64,000 bases of DNA from Oculina patagonica (Eukaryota): positions 31,930,001 to 31,994,000 of the forward strand of contig NC_135765.1 in the NCBI RefSeq assembly GCF_052425735.1, read 5' to 3'. The first letter of the stretch is position 1, and each line of letters begins with the position of its first letter. The position numbers and the translations under genes were made by a program. The notes under the pieces were generated by a model. The model saw nothing but the letters and a program-made list of their open reading frames with translations. It had not been told where the DNA came from and made no database searches. Positions 45,500-56,704 of this stretch are shown one piece after another.

Positions 45500-47308
45500 A
45501 TGACTTATCGAGCAAGCTCAAATGCCAGCACAAATTTAACAAATCCTCTCTTATCCATGAGTGAAGATGAGTCTGATTTGGAAGAATTTTTTTCATCAAG
45601 ACCATCTTCAATGAAAAAGAAGAAGAAAATTATTGCAATAACAGTCGTTTCACTTGTGGTTCTTGCCATCGTTGGGGGAATTGTATTTTACTTCGTGTCC
45701 AGAAAATCAACGAAACAGCCTCAAGAAATTCAACTTGAAATACAAGGCGGTGCGGTACGTGGGCAATACGAAGGGGACGCGGCAGTTTTCAAGGGGATTC
45801 CGTACGCGGTGCCGCCAATCGGCGGAAGACGCTGGAAGCCCCCAGAACCTTGTGATGTAAACAAATGTTGGAATGGAACTCTGGATGCGAGCAAATTTGG
45901 AAGCATCTGTGTTCAACAAGATACTAATAACCCTAAAGACCCAAGCAGAGTCATTGGAAGTGAAGACTGTTTGTTTGTGAACTTATGGACGCCAAAAGAA
46001 AGATCAACAGAAGAATTGCTGCCCGTTCTAGTTTATATTCATGGAGGTTACCTATTGTATTCATCTGGGAATTGGAAAGGAATACATCCTTCGCCCGAAA
46101 TGGTTTCTGAAATGAAAATTGTTGGTGTTTCTTTCAATTACAGACTAAATGCATTTGGTTTCCTAGCCTTGAAGTCGTTAGCAGACAGTTCGACGTCAAA
46201 AACCTCAGGAAACTATGGATTTATGGATCAAATATTAGCATTAAAGTGGGTGCAAGAAAATATTAAGAAATTTGGAGGTGACCCAGAATCTGTGACTCTG
46301 ATTGGACAAAGCTCTGGCGGTACATCCGAGATTGCGCTGCTTGCCTCGCCTAGTGCTGCTGGACTTTTCCATGGAGCGATTGTAATGAGCGCCTCGGCCG
46401 TTTTTAACAAGTCATGGGAAGATGCGGCTCGTGACAACAAGATCTTCGTGAACAACTCCAAGTGTGAGAGAAGCAGCCCAGCAGCGGAGAGAAAATGTTT
46501 GTACAAGTTGAGTCCCAAGCAAATACAGGACGCCATTCCATGGGACGTGTACCCATTCTGGCGCATGGCAGATCTAATGGGTCTTCCAACAAAAAACCGG
46601 TTTGACGGGGCTGTGGCAGTGGTGGACAAAACTGTCGTGTCAGACCCACCTCTCGTTGCCATGGCAACTGGAAAAGCTCATGATGTACCCCTGATTATTG
46701 GAACAACAGCTCAAGAAATTGACATTCAGCCTGTAATATTGTTCACAAACTCGAGCTATGGAGTTTACCGAAAACATGTCGAGGAAAAACTGCGTCCTTT
46801 TCTAGGAGACGATATAGGCAAGGTGCTAAGCATGTATAACGAAAGCTTGGTCAGAGGAGAATCTTTTCAGTTTGCCTACTCGTCCTTGGTTTCTGATCTA
46901 AGAGAAACTTGTCCGAACAATGCCCTGGCTCTAAATGCATCGAAGGGCTTCAAGAGTTCTGTTTACAGATACGTCGTGACTAACAGGCCATCGGCGCCTA
47001 TAAATCTAGTTGGCTTCCCTGCCACGTTTGCGTGTCACATGTGGGACCAGGTAGCATTTTTCGGTTTTCCTACTGAGCTTAATTACAAGCCTTCTGAAAA
47101 GGATAAGAAGTTCATGAAGGATCTCAGAAGAGAACTTGGCGAATTCATTCATAAGGGAACTGTTAAAGAACAATCTTGGAGGGAGTACCCAGAAAGTACC
47201 GCTCTTTTTACTGATAGTGGAGTCAGTGTTCCCAAAGAAGAATATCACAAAAGGCAATGCGACTTCTGGCTGGGCCGAGGGTTTTTCTCTTATGGATGGA
47301 TCAATTAA
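45500..47308 (+). CDS. Intronless type-II membrane carboxylesterase, paralog 3
   Basis: First ATG is at 45500 (the track start 45491 is TTG). Contains KKKKK plus a signal anchor, HGG, GQSSGG, GTTAQE and CHMWD; ends WIN*. Confidence 0.93.
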   Translation: MTYRASSNASTNLTNPLLSMSEDESDLEEFFSSRPSSMKKKKKIIAITVVSLVVLAIVGGIVFYFVSRKSTKQPQEIQLEIQGGAVRGQYEGDAAVFKGIPYAVPPIGGRRWKPPEPCDVNKCWNGTLDASKFGSICVQQDTNNPKDPSRVIGSEDCLFVNLWTPKERSTEELLPVLVYIHGGYLLYSSGNWKGIHPSPEMVSEMKIVGVSFNYRLNAFGFLALKSLADSSTSKTSGNYGFMDQILALKWVQENIKKFGGDPESVTLIGQSSGGTSEIALLASPSAAGLFHGAIVMSASAVFNKSWEDAARDNKIFVNNSKCERSSPAAERKCLYKLSPKQIQDAIPWDVYPFWRMADLMGLPTKNRFDGAVAVVDKTVVSDPPLVAMATGKAHDVPLIIGTTAQEIDIQPVILFTNSSYGVYRKHVEEKLRPFLGDDIGKVLSMYNESLVRGESFQFAYSSLVSDLRETCPNNALALNASKGFKSSVYRYVVTNRPSAPINLVGFPATFACHMWDQVAFFGFPTELNYKPSEKDKKFMKDLRRELGEFIHKGTVKEQSWREYPESTALFTDSGVSVPKEEYHKRQCDFWLGRGFFSYGWIN

Positions 47309-47330
47309 TTAAATTAATTAATTAATTAAT

Positions 47331-47614
47331 TAGAGCAGCTTCAATTGAGTGTCGAAAGTAATTTGCATTTGCTTTGTTTTGCATTACTACGCTTAGTGAA
47401 TAGCTAGAAAACTCGCGCCACTTTCTTAACCAATCAAAATAAAGTAAAGCTTAAACCAATCGTCACTCACTCGCACACGTTTTCCTCCGCTTCGTGCCGG
47501 CTACATGTATTTGCTTCGGGTTTTGATTGGTTCACTGGATTGTTTGTGTCCTTTGTGATTGGACAGAGTGATTACTTTGGTTTTGGTTTTACGACGATCA
47601 ATCGAAAATAGTTT
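47331..47614 (-). mobile_element. CCAAT-rich MITE family, copy 4 (inverted), within a (TTAA)n tract
   Basis: Starts TAGAGCAGCTTCAATTGAGTGTCGAAAGTAATT, the reverse complement of the family right end. TTAA repeats lie on both sides. Confidence 0.8.
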
Positions 47615-48837
47615 AATTAATTAATTAATTAATTAGTTAAAATTAATTTACAACCAGGTAACGTTAGGAGTACGCCTATGAAATTGTAAACGTGCATGCA
47701 TTGGTTTTTCGCCTGTTTGCCTTTCGCCAGCCTGTTGTTCAGCCATTCAATAGACCTTTAATTCCCAAGTGATGAAAAACTATTTTCTCTTTGCAGCATC
47801 AATGCATTGTAAAGCAAATACGTGATGAGATGAAATAGATTCATAAGCTGTGAATATTGTCTTGATGCACCACGAAATTTCTCAGAGCTAATATTTAACG
47901 ATTTTGTTTCAAGTGTGTGGCAATTGCAAGGGAATTTGAGTTTACGAATTTGGCAGATCTGGGACTGAAAGCTAGTGTTAAATTATATAAAGTAAATAAA
48001 TGGTATAAGTGGAGACAGGAAAGTAATAACTTTAACGCCATACCAGTGTAAAACCCATGTATGCAGGCAAAGACAGTTATGTTTATAATAATAGCCGCAG
48101 TAAAAGCACGTTTTATTGACTGACAAAATTCCAAATAATAATGAATATTGAAGAGACGCAACCAACATATCGTTATTAGTCGCCAAGAACGATTAAAACA
48201 ATTTCCTTTCGTGGTATTAGGGGAAGCACGTTGTAAATGTAGGAATTAACTTGTCTAAATAAGTCACATAAAAATTAAAATTGTTGTTCAATCGACACAT
48301 TTTAAAATGACACTGCTATATATGAAGTTTATTCACCTGCTAGGATTAATGACGGAAAATCTAGATTCCTCATTGAGTCCGGAATTAACGGCACTTCTAG
48401 CCTATCGGAAATAATAAACAAGCTTTTATTAAAAATAAAGAGCTTTATATTAGTGGTTGCTTTTTGTCGTGTAAATGTCTGCTCAATATACAATTAAATA
48501 TTAATAGAGAGGGGCATTTGAAATTATGAATCAGCCAAGTCACATGAAAATAAAACAGAAGTGGATTTTTTTAAAATTACACTGCGTTGCTAAAATGTAA
48601 CAAAACACAACACTTTTTTTCTTGGTTTATCACATAATATTAGCAACGAGGGAATCTTTAGATACTGGGAGGGTGTCGGAAGGGGTAATCATGACAGTAA
48701 AAGTTGTAGATGGGAGAAGGGCGGCCAAAAGAACTTAATAGTAAATTACTCCATGGAGTTATGTTCGAAATTAGGTGTCAGCTTTTGCTAAAATAATTCT
48801 TTTTTTTCGGTAATTGTTTGCCACAAGATGGTCCTTG

Positions 48838-49767
48838 TCAGCAGCGAAAGATAGAGCGTAAAATCCGCTTGGAACTTTCCCTGAAGTCTTTGCTGCTAAA
48901 GAAATAGATGACAGGATTCACTGCAGAGTTGGTCAAACCAATCGTTACTGCCCATATATAGAATGAATTCACATGCTGCTCCGGGTCGCTGACAAGAACA
49001 TACCCGTATGGAACCCAACTGAGTGTAAAAACTGTAATGACGACAGCGATTGTCTTGGCAGCACGCTTCTCAGATTCCCGCCTTTTTTTCGACATAGCAG
49101 TCCTCGTATCAAAAACGCGCCCTGCACCAGGTGAATTCGTGCCATTCTTGTCTTCTTTTTCAAATTGCGATTCTGTTAACGTCATCGCGTTGTTCACTTT
49201 GAAATGTGCCCTCGTTCGCAGAAAGAGAATTCCATAACTGGTTAATATAACGCAGTAACAACCAGCGAGTCCGATAAGGATTAATATAGATGACAGCCTG
49301 GTCCCTTTTCCTGCCATAAAACCTGTAATTCCCAGGAAAGATGGCACTCCCCACATTATCACTAACATGACAAGAATTTTTTGTCGTGTTAAAACTTGTC
49401 GTTGACTGAACGGCCAAGCGATTGCTAACAATCGTTCCACACTCATAAAAGCGAGGTTCATGAGCGAAGCTCCGCAAGTGATATACGCCGCTAAGCGAAA
49501 TGCATCTCGTAAGCTTTGTTTGCAAACACCTGTCATTCGTTCTAAAGTCAGAATAGCTTCCATAGGTTGAACACAAAGGTTAACCAGAAGATCTGCGACA
49601 GAAAGACTGCAAATAAAGTAGCACCATGCCTTGTGAAGCCGAGGACTTGAAAAAACAGTAACACAGACCAAAATGTTGCCAAAACTGCCGAACAGAGCGG
49701 ACAGAATATTGACGGAAAACGCGGCAATCCCTTCCAATTCACGTATTGCGCAACTTGTGTTGAACAT
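48838..49767 (-). CDS. Intronless rhodopsin-family (class A) GPCR, orphan
   Basis: 309 aa with 7 hydrophobic segments: GN in TM1, LSVADL, ERL (DRY position), TM4 W, FTLSWVP and NSAVNPVIY plus helix 8 FRE. Confidence 0.9.
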   Translation of the reverse strand: MFNTSCAIRELEGIAAFSVNILSALFGSFGNILVCVTVFSSPRLHKAWCYFICSLSVADLLVNLCVQPMEAILTLERMTGVCKQSLRDAFRLAAYITCGASLMNLAFMSVERLLAIAWPFSQRQVLTRQKILVMLVIMWGVPSFLGITGFMAGKGTRLSSILILIGLAGCYCVILTSYGILFLRTRAHFKVNNAMTLTESQFEKEDKNGTNSPGAGRVFDTRTAMSKKRRESEKRAAKTIAVVITVFTLSWVPYGYVLVSDPEQHVNSFYIWAVTIGLTNSAVNPVIYFFSSKDFRESSKRILRSIFRC

Positions 49768-50786
49768 GGTTTTAAAGTTATTAAAACGTTCTTGAAATTA
49801 GACTCGTAAGCAACCAAGGCTTTTAGTTCAAGATTTCGCGTTCAGTCATTTAAACCAATGTGTTGGCATCGAGCGTGACGAATGGATCGAGGATAAACGG
49901 ACAATTAATAAAGCGTATTCTAAAAAGAAAAACCTTTTGACATTGACCAAGACTCTAAACGTTGTCAAATAAATTGGCACGGAATAGCATAGAATCACAT
50001 TAAACGTTTATATTTCTGTGAGACTGTTTGTTTATGGAAATTGTTTCAAGACTATCTCAATTGTCGGTTGTAATTATTTCCGTGTCTCTGTTTATTTAAG
50101 TTATTTCTAAAAAAGACTTAAAAGAAAGGAATACTGGAAAAAGATAAATTATGCCACCTTTTGCCTTAAGTTAACCTGTTCAATTTATTTTGGCCTTATT
50201 TTTAGTTCAGCGTTACAGTTAGTTTTAGTAAGATTAATTTAATTGTCGACCGCTGTAGAATTTTGAAAAATGAAAAGGAGATGCGAATTTAGTTTCTTTG
50301 TAAACATTAATTTACCCAGAAGCTTTAAATGTTGCTTCAGGAAACCTATATATTTGTTTTAGTTGATTGTGATGGCAGAAATTTGTTTAGTGGTGTTTTG
50401 TTTCTGTCTTAAAGGAAATTTCCATTTCATCTGCTGTCTTATAATCGGTCTCGAGTCACGTTCAATGAAAATTAGTAGCAAATAATTTTTTCACAAATAG
50501 AATGGACAATAAAACAAAGTAAAATATTTGTGAATATAGAGAGATATGAGTTTTGTTGTGGCTAAGTTGCAGGGTTTAAAATAAAACCAAAATTAAGGTA
50601 TCAAAAATACGTTTAATTTGCAACAAAAAATGTTACTTAGTATTATAATAAAAAGGACAAGTTAGCAATAGGTAGTTTGTCCGGGTTTTTTGCAATTGTG
50701 AATAATACGACTTCTGGAAATCAACCTGCTCAAATAAAGCAAATTTAAAAGCTACACGAATAAGACCTGATCTACACAGATCTTGA

Positions 50787-51081
50787 TAGAGCAGTTTTCA
50801 GTTGAGTGCAAAATGACGTAAAACCAAAATCAAAGTAGTTGCTCAGACCAATCACAAGGGACACTTACAATTTAGTAAACTAAACAAAACTCAAAGTAAT
50901 TACATGTTGTCGTCACGAAGCGCGCAAAAAAACGTGCGTGAATAAACTCACAATTGGTTTTGGTTTTACTTTTAATTGGCTGAGAAAGTGGCGCGATATT
51001 TTTGAGCCAATCAATGAGCGTAGTAATGCAAAACCAAAGTAAAAGCAAATTTCTTTCGACACTCAAGTGAAAACTGCTCTA
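50787..51081 (+). mobile_element. CCAAT-rich MITE family, copy 5
   Basis: TAGAGCAGTTTTCAGTTGAGTG ... CACTCAAGTGAAAACTGCTCTA. Confidence 0.8.
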
Positions 51082-54000
51082 TTAAAGAACTTAAGATAAA
51101 ATTAGTTCTTTTCCATTGTATGTGCAACAAATGGACTTAAAGTGATTTTCACTTGATTCTACAAAACTGCCGTGCTCTAAATATAGTAGTGAGAAAAGTA
51201 AAACTGTTAACTGAAGACATCCGGCAAAGGTTTTTTGCTGGACGAACTTGAGGGCAATTTAGATCTGCAAGAGCAATACAAGAAATTCGCTCTTAATTTT
51301 TTTCATAGGCCTGGTTTTAACTGATTTTCTCAATAGATTTTCTCATGGACTTTGACAGGGTTGCTGCAGTTTGTTGTCACGTGATTTTACCAGACCAATC
51401 AGTATCCAGTAGCTATTGACCAATCATAACTCTCTGAGCATCTTGGTCAATATTTATCAGTCGACCAACCGCTTACTGTGAAGCCTGCAGGCTTGGAGAA
51501 AAACGACCATCAATTGGCAGTTATTGACTGGGCCGGAGACTGTTTCAGTTTGATATCGAGATTATACGGACCAATGAGAGCACGCAACGGTCGACGTACG
51601 TACGTACGACGCGTGGGCAGTTCCCATCAAACAGACCAAAACTGCATCCTCATCCCCAGAGCTCTTCTCTTTTTCGCAATGTCAAGAGAGCAAAGATCTG
51701 GGATCAAAAATGTGTTTGTGCAGAGTTCTCCACTGCTTCGCGTCTTGCGCAGTCGAGAAAACAAAGGTTTGGGGTCGAGATTAGCCAAAACGGCTGCTGT
51801 CGAATGAACAAATATTTATGAAATCCTCTGTGCTTCCTCTATACTTCCAAGCCAAGAACTAATAATTTTACTGAAAAATTATCCTTTTAGGCCGAATATG
51901 GTAAAGAATTCATAATTGTCCTCCATTAGTTTTTTTGTTTGGTTTGCCGCCATATTTTTATAACCTGCACATTTCACTCAATTCGCTGCAATGAAACCGG
52001 AAGTTACGTGAGAACTCCGATGCAGTGAGATCAGTACTTACTGTCCATTAATAAAAACTGAAAAAAATATAAAAAGAAACTGTTCTATATTATATTGTTT
52101 TCCAGCTTGAAGGTGTAAGCATTTATCAACCAAGACGAAATACCGTTCAATAATAGAATAAACTATTTTGATGGGTATTTTTCATTATTATTTTCTGAAT
52201 CTCACCCCTTGCGCAAGTCAATTTTCCCGCCCTCGCCTTGAGTGACGTCAACCCTGCAATGTACTGTTATGACGACAACATAACTTCATTATTACGTTTG
52301 CATTGAACGGCGCCAAATATGGAAAGGCTTGCGTCTTTATGTATTTTTTATCGCCCGGGGTCCGGGAAAATTTCGGTCAACATGAAAGAAAGATATTGTC
52401 AATATTACTTTGCCCTTTACAGGGATTAATAATTAATTAAACGAACCAAAAATTATATCCATTTCCTCCCAATAAAAAATCACGAATTTTTTGAATATTT
52501 ATTAAAATGTTTGAATGTATCGACGTACAGTTGACACAAAATGATGTCGAATCAAAAATTCAACACCGCCAACGTTTTTTTTAACGCCTAACGCTCCGGT
52601 AGTACCTGTCATTACTGTATTTTGATTACGTTTTACATCTTATGAATAATATAAGGTAAAATAACTTTCTCCACAGCCAATGGTTGTTGTTAAAACTATA
52701 CTAGTGGGATCTCTGCATGCAGAATAAATTCAAAACATTTTCATTTATATGGCTGTGAGACGCAGCTGATAACGAAAATAACTCTATGGGAAATTTACGG
52801 TCAAAAGAAGCGAATATTATGGATTCATGGAAACTGGCGGTGTATTTTTCTCCTGCAGTGCTAAAGCAAATTTTCAAAATTCGTGTTTTGATAATATTTG
52901 GTTTCTGTTGAAAAGCCTAGGTTCGCTTTTTCAGGCCTTCAATAAGTTATAAATTGGCCAAAGGCTGAAACAGCAGTGATCTGTCCTGCACTAGTTGGTA
53001 CTCGTCCCAGTGTGAAGAAGCCAAAGAGCCACAATAAAAAAGGTAAATTATCTTTTTTTTTTGCCAAATGCAATTCAGTTTAATTGCAGCTGATAGCGGA
53101 CGGGTTATTTTTGTGTCACGCGGTTACTGAGATTTATAACTAAAACCACTCGCGTCCCGTTTGAAGGTTGGTATCTACACTTCATTACCGTCTTTTTTCA
53201 GCACATTTTTCGACTGTTATAAAAGCAAACTTTGCGACAACAACAATAAGATTAGTCTTTTTCAGGTCAGTACTAACTCTTTCAGACAGGATATGACGAA
53301 ATTAGGAAATTAGAAATTTGGACGGTAGTTTTCACTTAGTCGAATGTAATTGTACGCTTAGAGCGTAATTAATGGTTCAAGGTAACTTCTAGTACATGAA
53401 AACTCAACGAGAATGATTCATTTTACAATTCGTACTATTGGATTCAATCAAGATAGATTATTAACAACTACACTCTGGCTAACTTAAGTTAAAGCACTGA
53501 GTGACAGTTTGTATATTTGACTAAAAAGGAATCGGTGGCTTAAGATAATGTATGAGTTTTTAGCACATAGTATTTCAATGCTTTACAATAATATTTCAAT
53601 AATGTTAAAAAATGTACCAAATCCATTTTATCAATACAGGTTTTTTTAATTTTCTACATAAGATTTGCACTGAGAAACCCATACACGAAGATCATTTTTA
53701 TTAGAACTTTCGTTTGCGCCATCTTCGCTCGTTTTAACCGTTTTCTTCGGCACGACCAGATTCGGCCTGCATCTCAATTGTTTAGATAATGCATACAGTT
53801 ATGATAATGACATTTGTTCAAGCTGTAATTTACCAGTATCCCACCGACGTTACATAACAGGACATCGCTTGGGCTTTGTTTTGTTTATGAAGCGGTGGGA
53901 AGAATCTTTGAGCATGTTTATTTTTGTTGATGACAAAAATTAATTGTTTGGCTTTTTTTGATTTGTATACCTTTTTGACGGTCCGATGTTAATTAAAAAC

Positions 54001-55085
54001 TAATATTTCAACCGGTATGAATAAAATATCAACAACCCCGCAAAAATATAAACAAAAGCATGACGTGAATACGGTTTTATTTTTCGGTAAGTAATATATA
54101 TATATATATATATTTTTTTTTTTGGGGGGGGGGGGGGGGGATAGAATTTATTTCCGATTGACAGAAAAGAACTGACCTCAGTTATCAAAGAGTAAACACT
54201 TCATGAAGTGAATAAATTCAGTACCGGAACGTGCTTTTAAACGCGCAGAAATTCGTTATGGTGAGGTTTTTTGGGGTGACTCTCCAAAAAAATTATGCGT
54301 TTTTTTTCTATTACAGGGCTCAAGCTTTTTAATTTAATTGGTGAGAAAAACTCGTGCGACGTACCTCAGCAAATCGCATCAAACATGCTTTTTTTAAACC
54401 AATGGGAAGCAAAATCAAAACTTGACTTCATTAGGCTTACGCGCGGTTTTCCCGCGCTTGCATTACCACGGGTTACATGTTTTCCCGCGCAATGACGCTT
54501 GCTGCACGCTTTTACTAGTTACTGTGAGTTCTGATTGGGTCATTGTATTATTACGTTGGTTGTGATTGGCCAGGTGTGGGCCCGATGTGATCACTTTGGT
54601 AACTTTCAACAATCAATTTGGAATCGTTTTATCATCAAGACTGAGAAAATTACGTATACGTTCGGGGAAGTCTAATAGAGTGAATCAGTAATCATAGAGT
54701 ATGCTTTCCAGAGATTTGTTAGTTTAAGAATTATCGGAAAGCTTTTGCCAGTTGTAAAGGTCCCTAGAGTTCAAGGTTATTTTAAATCAGGTACACTAAC
54801 TACGCTAAATTGAATATCAGCAGACTCAAAATTGTAATTTTCCCTTGTGCCCTTACAATACGTCAGCCCTTGGTAAGAGTCTTAGTGTACGAACCTTGTG
54901 TTCTCTCTCTTCTTCAGTTCAAACCGTTCATAGGAATTACATGTAAGCAAAGTTCTTCAAGATATTTCCATAGTGGGGAAGGGTTTTGGTTTCTTTTCCT
55001 CTGTAGAGTTGTAACAATGTTTCGAAAATCGTTGCCTTTATCTTTAAGACTTGAACTCACATCTTTAATTTTTAACGTGTTGTAA

Positions 55086-55763
55086 GGGACCGATCGTTTA
55101 CGTCCCAAGGGGGGGGTGGTTTTGAGGGGGGGGGGGGGGTTCTAACAGCCCCTTGGGGGGTAGTTCAATGAGAAACGTGGGGGGCAAATTTATGACACAG
55201 CCGGCACACAGGTAGAAACAAAAAAAAAGGAATTCTCGCTGGCGGTTCTGTGTTCTCATAACAGGTCATAATTACCATACGGAAGGACCAGAATGCAGGA
55301 ACTGCTAAGCTCAGATTGGGGAGTGCCCCGGACCCCTTTCACCTTCCTGAGTTCATGGAGTCCGTACTGTGAAACAGTTTCCCTAAAAAAAAATACCGAT
55401 GGTGAACACTACCAAAACGTCAGCACACTGCAACTGTTGTTAGCGGAGTCCAGAACAGCGACCGCGAACAGTGTGTTACGGTATGGTTGAGTGTGTGGTG
55501 GAAGTTTTGTGAGTACAGTGAAGAGAGAATGGCACATATGATTACCTCGATCAGTAAACGTAGCAGGATGTTATTGGCATCAACAAAAAAAAAATCTGAA
55601 GGAAGGAGAGTATGGCCTGGTCGAGGGGGGGGGGTACATTTAAATAAGAATACGAAGGGGGGGTTATTTTTTATGATTAAATTTTTTTGGGGGTTCGTTG
55701 AAACACTACCTTTTTGAAAAACCACCGCCCCCCCCCCCCGGGACGTAATAAACGATCGGTCCC
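55086..55763. mobile_element. PIF/Harbinger-type non-autonomous element with poly-G/poly-C subterminal tracts
   Basis: TAA|GGGACCGATCGTTTA ... TAAACGATCGGTCCC|TAA. Confidence 0.75.
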
Positions 55764-56435
55764 TAAATTCAGTTCAGGCCGTAACTCCACATGCTTTGTT
55801 AGCAATTCTTTTCTCCTATGTCTTTTTGGACCAATAAACCCGGTGTATTGGCAAGGACTATGCGAGCATGGATTTGTGATTTTCATAAATCATTCCTAAA
55901 TAACAAATCTTTCAATAGTCACTTGAAATTTTTGTTTACGTTATCAATCAGTCGCCGCTATTTCATTAAAACAACTGAAAAATAACAGTTTTTGTTTAAG
56001 AGTCTGACCCCCCACTTTGCATTGCGTGCCTGTTTTGTTTGAGCGGGAGGACCACAAAACTATTGTACATGATGGCAAACAGAGATACAAACTGAGAGGA
56101 GATAGACTTGTTTCAGCACAGATCGCGATGGAAACAGATTTCTTCTCGGTCGCTCTCACTGGTTTTGGGGGCCCCAAAAATGGCGGAGAAAAAGGTGAGT
56201 TCTGTGTACGCGTGTGAATGCTAGAAACAAGTCTTATCGCTTCTTATAGCTTCCACAGTTGTATCTCGAACGATCGCTGGAAGAAGCGTACGGACGATAG
56301 TTTTTGTGGGCGTCGCGCTCGAACAACAACAGGCGCGCAATGAAAGTGGGTGGGTCAGATTCTTTAAGTGTGTCGTGGTGTACTGTGGAAATTTCTCACG
56401 TTATAAAAGTTAAATATAGATCGCATTTATTAGCA

Positions 56436-56704
56436 TAGAGCAGTTTTCAATTGAGTGTCGTAAAACCAAAACCAAAGCAATACTCTGGCCAATCACAAAG
56501 GACACGGACAATCCAGTAAACCAATCAAAACTCGAAGCAAAACATGTAGCGGCACGAAGCGCGGGAAAACGTGCGGAGCGGCACGATTGTTTTGTTACTC
56601 CTGAGGCGAGAAAGTGGCGCGAGATTTTAAGCCAATCACTAAGCGTAGTAATGCAAAACCAAGCAAACGCAATAACTTTCGACACTCAAGTGAAAACCGC
56701 TCTA
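56436..56704 (+). mobile_element. CCAAT-rich MITE family, copy 6
   Basis: TAGAGCAGTTTTCAATTGAGTGTCG ... CGACACTCAAGTGAAAACCGCTCTA. Confidence 0.8.

Noticed and set aside
37665-46662. Similar antisense ORFs opposite the three esterases (MYKH...HFNA.I)
   Set aside because: These are shadows of conserved paralogous coding sequence.
46655-46668. Perfect X-box GTTGCCATGGCAAC in esterase 3 (also 37503-37516 in esterase 1, and GTTACCATGGAAAC at 9290-9303 in a DZIP1 exon)
   Set aside because: These arise from codons for V-A/T-M-x-T, so coding constraint explains them. There is no independent regulatory evidence.
36869-47308. Bacterial contamination or recent horizontal transfer of intronless esterases
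   Set aside because: They have signal anchors, multiple N-glycosylation sequons and paired cysteines, are flanked by host MITEs, and show no operon structure. Ancient origin needs a phylogeny.
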